Assembly: GCA_951406725.2 (NCBI GenBank)
Contig: OX597820.1
Span: 9,734,001-9,798,000, forward strand
DNA from: Octopus vulgaris
Taxonomy: Eukaryota
Direction: 5' to 3'
DNA: 64,000 bases
This document shows, in pieces, positions 54,975-64,000 of the stretch. Numbering within the stretch: the first letter of the stretch is position 1; every line of letters starts with the position of its first letter. The notes under the pieces were generated by a model, which saw only the letters and a list, made by a program, of their open reading frames with translations, did not search any database and had not been told where the DNA came from. The translations under genes and the position numbers were made by a program.

Positions 54975-55460
54975 ACGTACACCTTTTGCTTACACTCTCC
55001 GGTTGGATTACTAAGTGTGACCAAATGAGACTACAAATGTTATCCAACCATTTCGTTCTTGGTCCACCCCTAGGTCTCCCGCCGAATGGGCTCAACTGGA
55101 AGAATCTGTCTTGTAATTCTTTCCTGTGACATTCTAATCCCATGTCTGTTGTACCAGAGCAGTGACTTCTCAATGAGGAGAAAGCGATTCGACTTGGAGA
55201 GGCTCTCCGATTCCTGAACTGTGCACCCTGTCGAGTAACGTTATTTCCGAAATCCTTGGGAAGAACTCCAGTTCAGCCGCCGCATGTTTTCGCGATCGAA
55301 CTCTTTCGGTCATTACCCAATATGCATGAGCATAGGTGTGGATAGACACGGAAATCGAATTGAAGAGAGCGATTGGTGGTTTGCAGATCGAGTTTTCTAA
55401 CCACAAAGCTTCGCCTTCTGATATTTAAACAGCACAACGTTATCCTTATTACCGAAGACT
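54975..55460 (-). mobile_element. Decayed RTE-clade LINE C-terminal fragment (Expander/Rex3-like)
   Basis: YAHAYWVMTERVRSR...LLDRVHSSGIGEPLQVESL and GRPRGGPRTKWLDNI motifs across frames. Confidence 0.8.
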
Positions 55461-55527
55461 ACGGATTTGTCTTTGAAGAATTAATTCAGTGATGACACTC
55501 AAAGCGCGAGACTAATTTCACACCGAC

Positions 55528-55568
<41 letters not shown>

Positions 55569-55717
55569 TGTATGTGGGTGGGTGTGTGGGTGTGTGTGGT
55601 GGTGCAGCTAGAGTGTGAGAAGCGCCATTGTGATTTGCTGGTGTAAATTTTCGTTGTTGATGCAAAATATTTTATTTAAACCTTTTTGATGTAATTTGTT
55701 TTATTCCTAATTGAGTA

Positions 55718-56150
55718 ATCAGAGAGAAAGAAGGAGAGAGAGAGAGAGAAAGAGAGAAGAGGAGAAGGAGAGCGAGAGAAAGAGAGAAGAGGAGAAGGAG
55801 AGAGAAAGGGTGACAGTGAGAGATAGAGAGAGAGAGAGAGAGAGAGAAAAGGAGAGAGAAATAGAGACAGACAGAAAGATAGAAAGATAAAGAACGAAAG
55901 AGAGAGACAACCAGACAGACAAAAAGAGAAGGAAGAAGAGAGGGAGAGAGAGAGAGAGTTAGGGAGAGCGAGAGAGTAAGAGAGAAGGCAGAGGAGAGAG
56001 AGAGAGTGAAAGAAACAGAAATAGAGAGCAAGAGAGAGAGAGAGAGGGAATAAGCGTATGACAGAGAACGAGTAAGTGAGCGAGAGAGAGAGAGGGAGAG
56101 AAAGAGAGCAAAAGCGAGAGCTGATGCGCGCGAGCGAAAGAGAGAAAGCA
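55718..56150. repeat. Degenerate (GA)n polypurine tract
   Basis: Directly visible. Confidence 0.9.
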
Positions 56151-56570
56151 ACAACAACATCAGCAACAACAACTACACCATCATATGAAGAGTGCCTGTT
56201 GTATTTTTCTGAGCTCAGACTATCGTTGGTTATTGTTTGTACCCAATACATTATGATCAATAATGTAGCTCAGAATGTATCGATTTCTTATTTAGCCACA
56301 AGACCACAGATTATTTATGTGATAATGATTAATGGCTCCACAAAACAACATGGGCTAATATATGTTTAGCTAACCATTCTCTTGCATTTCCACGATGACA
56401 CATTAGTTTCGTTCTGGACAAGATACCAATATTAGCGTCTGATGTATTTCCAGAATAGTACAGCTAGTTGTTATTCTTTGCAGCTAATGTCTAAAGCAAA
56501 CAAGAGCTTACGAATAATAAAATGCTTCGCTCGTATCTTTAATAAGACATGTCTTTCTAATCTCTGATAT

Positions 56571-56700
<130 letters not shown>

Positions 56701-56709
56701 GTATATATA

Positions 56710-56897
56710 GGGAGAGTTTACGAAAAAAAAACAACAAAAGACGAAGGCAGGTGTGTACAAAACAAACAGATGTATTAGTGTAACGCTCAGGAATAGAAAA
56801 AGTCTTTTACGTTTCGAGCCTAAGCTCTTCTACAGAAAGATACACAGAAAAAACAAGGAGAGAAAAAAAATGTGTGTAGTAGCTAACGATCTATCAT
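56710..56897 (-). mobile_element. Short hammerhead-like element, family H1 (best-preserved motif)
   Basis: Between (TA)n tracts; TCTTT CTGTAGA A GAGC TTAG GCTC GAAAC GTA AAAGA at 56803-56840. Confidence 0.72.
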
Positions 56898-56909
56898 ATA
56901 TATATATAT

Positions 56910-57319
56910 GGACGCAGAAGTGGCTGTGTGGTAAGTAGCTTGCTTACCAACTACATGGTTCCGGGTTCATTCCTACTGCGTGGCATCTTGGACAAGTGTC
57001 TTCTGCTATAACCTCAGGCCGATTAAAGCCTTGTGAATGGATTTGGTAGACGGAAACTGAAAGAAGCCCGTCGTATATATGTATATATATATATGTATGT
57101 ATGTGTGTGTATATGTTTTTGTGTCTGTGTTTGCCCCCCCCCCAACAAACGATGGTGGTGTGTTCAAGTCCTCGTAACTTAGTGGTTCGGCAAAAAGAGC
57201 CCGATAGAATAAGTACTAGGCTTACAAAGAATAAGTCCTGGGGTCGATCTGCTCGACTAAAGTCGGTGCTCCAGCATGGCCGCAGTCAAATGACTGAAAC
57301 AAGTAAAAGAGTAAAAGAG
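56910..57319 (+). mobile_element. SINE family A, full length
   Basis: Complete head to aagtaaaagagtaaaagag tail. Confidence 0.92.
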
Positions 57320-57736
57320 ATATATAATTAAATAATAAGGGTAGAAATCAATTAAAACCAGTGGCTTAGCATATTTAAAAATCCGAAGATTAAAAATTGT
57401 GTTACATACAAAATTAAGAGGAATGACCACTAAAGTAGAGACCCTATATGCTAAACATAGATGTCAAATCACCATTATCACGAAGAATGTGGTCTCAAGA
57501 AAAAATCTCAGCAAAACGCCAAAATGTAAAAATGAGCAAAACAAATGAAAACATACGAAATAAAAACGATTTGACGTCTATGTTTAGCATATAGGTTGTC
57601 CACTTTAGTGGTTATTCCTCTTAATTCTGTATATATATATATTATTTTACTAGTTTCAGTCAATTGACTGCGGCAATGCCGGAACACCATCATTTAGTCG
57701 AATAAATCGACCCCTGAGCTTATTCTTTGTAAGCCT

Positions 57737-57986
57737 TGTGAAAGGTAGGAGAGTCCAGTTTGCTGGACATTGTTGTAGAGCTGAAAAAGAAGTAATTTCT
57801 ACTCTTCTCCTCTGGAAGCCATCTGCTCGCAATACCAGAGGGCGCACACTCTCCTACCCTGATGTAATCACCAGGGATACAGGCATCCAGCAACAGGACC
57901 TCCGTAATGCCATGATGGACCGTGAAGTCTGGCGTAGCATGGTAAATTCCATTGTCTCGACCACGGTCGAACAATGATGAATGATG
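57737..57986 (+). mobile_element. 5'-truncated RTE-type LINE 3' end inserted in a SINE A tail
   Basis: RRVQFAGHCCRAEKEVISTLLLWKP...AMMDREVWR, (tgatga) tail, TSD aagcct at 57731-57736 and 57987-57992. Confidence 0.9.
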
Positions 57987-58929
57987 AAGCCTGGTGCTTA
58001 TTCTATCGGTCTTATTGGTCTGTCCACGCCTGCTATTTTGGGGATTTTGAACGGTTTTTGATGCTTGTTAGACGGAAAATGTTGCTGAGTAATTATGGAT
58101 TTTTAATAAATCTGCCGACCAATTCCGACTTTAGTGTTTTGTTTATCACTGTTTTTCACTATTAGTATCGGTTCAATTTGTTTTGCAGTGCAGTGATAAG
58201 TAGAAACTTGCTACTGATGTCGTTCAAAAAAGCAAGAAATATATATTCAGCGATTCCGCTACTGCTTCCAGACACTTTTCGTACATTCTGTGATTTTTAA
58301 CATTAGACGTCTGACTATACCAGTTGCTTTCACGTGACGAATACCGTAGTCTCAAAGCTTTCATTAGTATATCTACGTTAAGTATGATATGCCGAATGCT
58401 ATGTTGATCAAATACTATTTTCGTCGCTAATAACAAATGCACCAAATACACGTGTGTGTATGAATCTGTATGTGTCTGTATGTGTGCGGGAATAATCGCA
58501 CACACTCGCACACAGATCATTATAGAATACAGTACGTGTATAGACGTGTTGTGAAATATAACGCGGGGAGAATCCATCCCTGGTTCTCAATAACACGGTG
58601 CACATATCAAATTTAATGCTGTATCAGTTTTCTTAATTTTCATTCAGATTAGTCAAATGGCACGCCTGATTTTATTAACCTTCAGTCGCAGTGATCTGGC
58701 GATCGAACAGTTCATTGTCCTATAAATAGACCTCTTCGTTCTCTAAAGACTGAACGGATTTAAACGCTGATCTTAGTTTGACATCTCTTAAATAATTGAC
58801 GACTACAAAACAACATGGAGAACCTGGTCATTAAGAGACTGATTCTTTTGAACATTGGTTCTGATTTTATTATACAGTCGCATGTTAATCTTATTCCCTC
58901 ACAACTCTCTATATGTATGTATGTATGTA

Positions 58930-58960
<31 letters not shown>

Positions 58961-58977
58961 ATGAGTGTGTGTTTATA

Positions 58978-59187
58978 TCTCTTTTACTCTTTTACTTGTT
59001 TCAGTCGTTTGACTGCAGCCATGCTCGAGCACCGCCTTTAGTCGAGCAAATCGACCCCGGGACTTATTCTTTGTAAGCCCAGTACTTATTCTATCGGTCT
59101 CTTTTGCCGAACCGCTAAGTGACGGGGACGTAAACACACCAGCATCGGTTGTTAAACAATGCAAGGGGACAAACACATACACACACA

Positions 59188-59246
<59 letters not shown>

Positions 59247-59620
59247 GACAGGCTTCTTTCAGTTTCCGTCTACCAAATCCACTCACAAGGCATTGGTCGG
59301 CCCGGGGCTATAGCAGAAGACACTTGCCCAAGGTGCCACGCAGTGGGACTGAACCCGGAACCATGTGGTTGGTTAGCAAGCTACTTACCACGCAGCCGCT
59401 CCTGCGCCTATATATATATGTTCTTTTATTCTTTTATTCATTTTTCTTGTTGCGGATATTTGACTGCGGCCATGCTGGAGCACCGCCTTTAGTCGAGCAA
59501 AACCAACCCCAGCCTAGTACTTATTATATCGGTTCTGTTTTTGCCGAACGGCTAAGTTACGGGGGCGTAAACACACCAACGTCGGTTGTCAAGCGATGCT
59601 GGGGGGATAAACACAGACAC
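58978..59620 (-). mobile_element. SINE family A full copy (58978-59408) plus a second 3' half (59455-59620)
   Basis: Direct match to the family A consensus. Confidence 0.9.
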
Positions 59621-59694
59621 ACAAATATATACACGCACATACACGCTCACACACACATACACACACATGCTCACACACACATACCCACATAGAC

Positions 59695-59813
<119 letters not shown>

Positions 59814-60136
59814 CAGACATACATACATACACACGCACACAAACGTGTATGTATACATATACATACGTACACACCTACACACAAAGAGAGAGACATACGC
59901 AGATATATATGTGCATATACATACATACATACATACATACATACATACATACATACATACATACATACACACATACATACATACATACATACACACAAGC
60001 ATGCACTCACAGACAGACACAAAAATACATGCAGACACACACACACACGGCTTTTGTCCAGATTAAATGTTTCCAAGCATAACTGAAATGATCTAAATGT
60101 TTATTCGCAACGTTGCTTTAATGTGCTCAACACACG

Positions 60137-60214
<78 letters not shown>

Positions 60215-60366
60215 AACCACACACGCAAACCACACACGCACGAGAACCACACACACACATATGTATATGCATATCTGTATATCTCTCTCTATGTATAAAC
60301 ATATATACATGTACGTGTGTTGGTGGTTCGGCGTGTATGTGTAAACGGGGACATACTCATTCTAAA

Positions 60367-60417
<51 letters not shown>

Positions 60418-60776
60418 GTTATGTTATGAAATATTACACGGGGAGGAAACAGCTCTAGGTCTCAGTAACATGGCGTTCGTATCAAATTTAATACCGTCTC
60501 AGATTTATAGATTTGAATCCAGGTTATCCAACCCGACAGGTTATGTTTGCCTTCAGTCGCTGTGATTGTGCGATCGAACAATTCGTAGTTGTAGAAACAA
60601 GTTACTAAGAATGAGTTAATTTACATTTTCGTTTGTTTCCTCCGTTGTTAAAGAATTGACGAATATATAATATCATGAGAACACGGCCATTGAATAAGTT
60701 GAATCTTTTAATTTTGCTGTTGTATGACCGTATTTGTTATATATTAGCGTGTTGTTCTCTGCACTTACTCCCTCAG

Positions 60777-60875
<99 letters not shown>

Positions 60876-61098
60876 GTATGTATATATAAAACTAGCCGAA
60901 ATTGCAAAAATAATCTGGAACTCGACTGAGGAAAGAAAACTCCGAATGATCCGTCCTTGTTTTTCTTCTATCGTCTGTCTAGATGTTTTGCTGTCCCCTT
61001 TTTTTGTTTCACTTAACTGTCTGGATGTTTTGCGTCCTTTTCCCATTTATGTGTGTGTGTATATATATATATATATGTATGCACGCGCGTGTGTGTGT

Positions 61099-61325
61099 GG
61101 AGGCGCAATGGCCCAGTGGTTAGGGCAGCGGACTCGCGGTCGTAGGATTGCGGTTTCGATTCCCAGACCGGGCGTTGCGAGTGTTTATTGAGCAAAAACA
61201 CCTAAAGCTTCACGAGGCTCCGGCAGGGGTGGGGGTGGGGGTGAACCCTGCTCTATTCTTTCACTACAACTTTCTCTCACTCTTTCTTCCTGTTTCTGTT
61301 GTACCTGTATTTCAAAGGGGCCAGT
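61099..61325 (+). mobile_element. tRNA-derived SINE family C (tRNA-Arg-like head)
   Basis: A-box tggcccagtgg, anticodon-like ctcgc, B-box ggtttcgattccc. Continues into a repeated non-tRNA body, so a SINE rather than a tRNA gene. Confidence 0.85.
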
Positions 61326-61649
61326 CTGACGACCCCTTCTTCATTTTAGATGGCGTCAAGCATCATAACAAGCATAGACAAGCAATAACTGAAAGACATA
61401 CAGGCACAGAATGGCTGGCTATGAGGTGGCTAAGAAGTTCACCCTGGAACCATGTGTGTGTGTGTGTGTGTGCATCGTAGACTTACAGCTGTTTCTGGAA
61501 AGAAGGACTCGTCAGATTTTCTGATGAGAAAACAAAAGAAGACAAGTTTTTGCGACGAATAGTTTTCAACGAGTAATAACCACGCCTCGGTGGAAAACCC
61601 TCATGGGTTCGTTTCATCTCTAAGCAAAGCTGAATGCACATCAATAAAT

Positions 61650-61960
61650 AGCACTCCGTCGGTTACGACGACGAGGGTTCCAGTTGATCCGATCAATGCA
61701 ACAGTCTGCTCGTGGAATTAACGGCTAAGTGGTTGAGTGCTCCGCAGACACAGGTACCTTTAACGTAGTTCTCAGGGAGATTCAGAATGACACAGAATGT
61801 GACAAAGCTGGACCTTTGAAATACAGGTGCTACGAATATTTGCCAGCTGAGGGGACTGGAGCAATGTGAAATAAAGTGACTTACTGAAAGACAGAACGCG
61901 CTGCCAGGGATCGAACCCACGACCTTACGATTGTGATCCGAATACCTTTAATCACCGAGC
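61650..61960 (-). mobile_element. SINE family C-related copy
   Basis: B-box gggttcgatccc at about 61907-61918; tail cgtcgtcgtaaccgacggagtgc. Confidence 0.8.
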
Positions 61961-62013
61961 CTTTACCTGAATGTATAACAACAAAGAACGGTTGAAATAT
62001 GCTATTTACTTAC

Positions 62014-62256
62014 CTACTGCTTTATCTTCTTCCAACAGGGCATCCTGCAGACGGATTCTGGGAAAGTTCAGCTCTATTACAAGAGAACTGTTTGGGGCGA
62101 TTTCATAACTGGCATTAAGATATGAATTCATGTGGGAAGATGTGAGAGTGATGTTGGTGGTGTTGAGTAGCTGCGGTACCACTTCAATACTGACCTCGCA
62201 TTTGATGGACTCGCTGAGGTACGGGATTATGAATCGAGTTCCGCAAGTGTCTGGTT
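62014..62256 (-). CDS. Internal coding exon (most 5' visible) of an IgGFc-binding/FCGBP N-terminal-domain membrane protein
   Basis: Acceptor ctatcgtctttcag|AA CCA GAC ACT TGC GGA and donor GCA GTA G|gtaagt; 243 nt, phase 1-1. Peptide PDTCGTRFIIPYL...EEDKAV resembles the D-x-x-G-x-x-F-I start of IgGFc-binding domains. Splices in frame to 37437. Confidence 0.75.
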
Positions 62257-62844
62257 CTGAAAGACGATAGAAGTCGGCATTTAATAGCAGTTTTGGAGAT
62301 TCAGAAATTGATGAAAACAATAAAATAATAGTATTAGATGTTTTATGATTTTGCTTAGGCACAGCAATTCGAATAACCAGTTGTTAGATCTAGGATATAT
62401 GTGAAATTTCCTTCAATAAATATTGGGCCAATCATTCACAAAGCTTGAATGAACTTCATTCGCAAGGCTACGGTAAAAGACGCACAAAATTCCAACCAGA
62501 GTCTCACGATAGTTAAACGTACTCCTTAACCACTGGTACACATACGACATGATCTAAATTTTGTTTAAAAGCTCAATCTTTTGGTGTCGACGCAGTTGAG
62601 GAGATAAACAGGGATAGATATCTAGTTATCTGAGTAAATCTTTTAAAATGTTATATTACATTCCTCTGTGAATTCTGAACGAAATGATCTGAGTAACTAA
62701 TAAATAAAATTTAAAAAAACATTTCCAACAAACCACGTCGTTTCCATATTGAGTTTTTAAATTACGGCTAATTGTTGGTAACTTTAAACATTTTTATACA
62801 CATTACACTGAAATTTAATATATATATATTCTTTTTTTTCTTCA

Positions 62845-63322
<478 letters not shown>

Positions 63323-63475
63323 TCCATATACATCCCAGTCCATTGCAGACCAACTTATTTTTATACCTCAGTATAGTCCAGAAATCGAAATCACGACAGT
63401 AAGCTCATGAGGGCAACATCCTAACGGCTAGGCCACACTCCTTCGCATAGCAAGCACGAGTAAGTATTGTTATTG

Positions 63476-63779
63476 TTGTTTGTTCCTTCTCGAAGGAACG
63501 CCTGGCTCATAGGGCCGGTTTTCCCGGTTTTCTTGGCGTATAGGTTCCCCATCTGGATGGGACGCCGGTCCGTCACAGGTGAACTGCAAGATGCAGGAGG
63601 AAAGAGTGAGAGAAAGTTGTGGCGAAAGAGTCAGCAGAAGTTCGCTATTACCTTCTGCCGGAGCCGCGTGGAGCTTAGGTGCTTTCGCTCATAAAAACAC
63701 ACATCGTCCGGTCTGAGATTCGAACCCACGATCCCTCGACCGCGGGTCCGCTGCTCTAACCACTAGGCCATGTGCCTCC
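63476..63779 (-). mobile_element. tRNA-derived SINE family C with an alternative 3' tail
   Basis: Head ggaggcacatggcctagtggttagagcagcggac...ggttcgaatctc; tail gaaaaccggccctatgagccagg + (aac)n. A related older copy lies at about 10958-11160. Confidence 0.85.
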
Positions 63780-63832
63780 ACACACGAGTAAGTATAAATA
63801 ACATGAAATTGCACGGAGTACACACACACACG

Positions 63833-63900
<68 letters not shown>

Positions 63901-64000
63901 CGCACACACACACACACAAACACGCACACACACGCACACACACACACACACACACAATCGGATATATATAGCAACAGAGATACAGTATTATTCCAAGTAG

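Noticed and set aside
57275-57319. SINE A tail cagtc-aaat-gactg-aaac-aagta as a hammerhead half
   Set aside because: Has a stem plus GAAAC but no CUGANGA-like box upstream in any copy; more simply a LINE-derived 3' stem-loop.
61099-61175. Possible tRNA-Arg gene
   Set aside because: Acceptor stem does not pair, no poly-T terminator, and it continues into a multi-copy SINE body.
61521-61545. Isolated CTGATGA words (also near 321 and 21330)
   Set aside because: No stem II or properly spaced GAAA follows; expected by chance.

Overview
Repeat-rich, AT-rich animal genomic DNA. The SINE families and very dense (TA)n/(CA)n/(GA)n/(TATG)n/(ATCT)n/(TAA)n microsatellites suggest an octopus; this is recognition from memory, not a database result. 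Almost all ORFs in the supplied track are microsatellite or SINE artefacts. One host gene is visible on the minus strand: three phase-1 GT-AG exons (62014-62256, 36928-37437, 22757-23652) that splice in frame. They give about 549 aa of a heavily N-glycosylated, single-pass membrane protein with an IgGFc-binding-protein (FCGBP) N-terminal-like ectodomain. Its first (signal peptide) exon is not identifiable in the window. The rest is mobile DNA: three tRNA-derived SINE families, non-autonomous Helitrons and a Helentron-type element, a full-length decayed DD37D (maT) Tc1/mariner, a mariner fragment, MITEs, and fragments of CR1, RTE, R4/Dong-like, Gypsy and Penelope-like retroelements. There is also a recent ~1.6 kb duplication. 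The most notable hidden signal is a set of short, non-coding, microsatellite-embedded elements carrying minimal hammerhead-ribozyme-like motifs, often in inverted Penelope pLTR-like architecture. One family of four copies consistently reads CUGU instead of the canonical CUGA core. All alignments and folds were done by eye.
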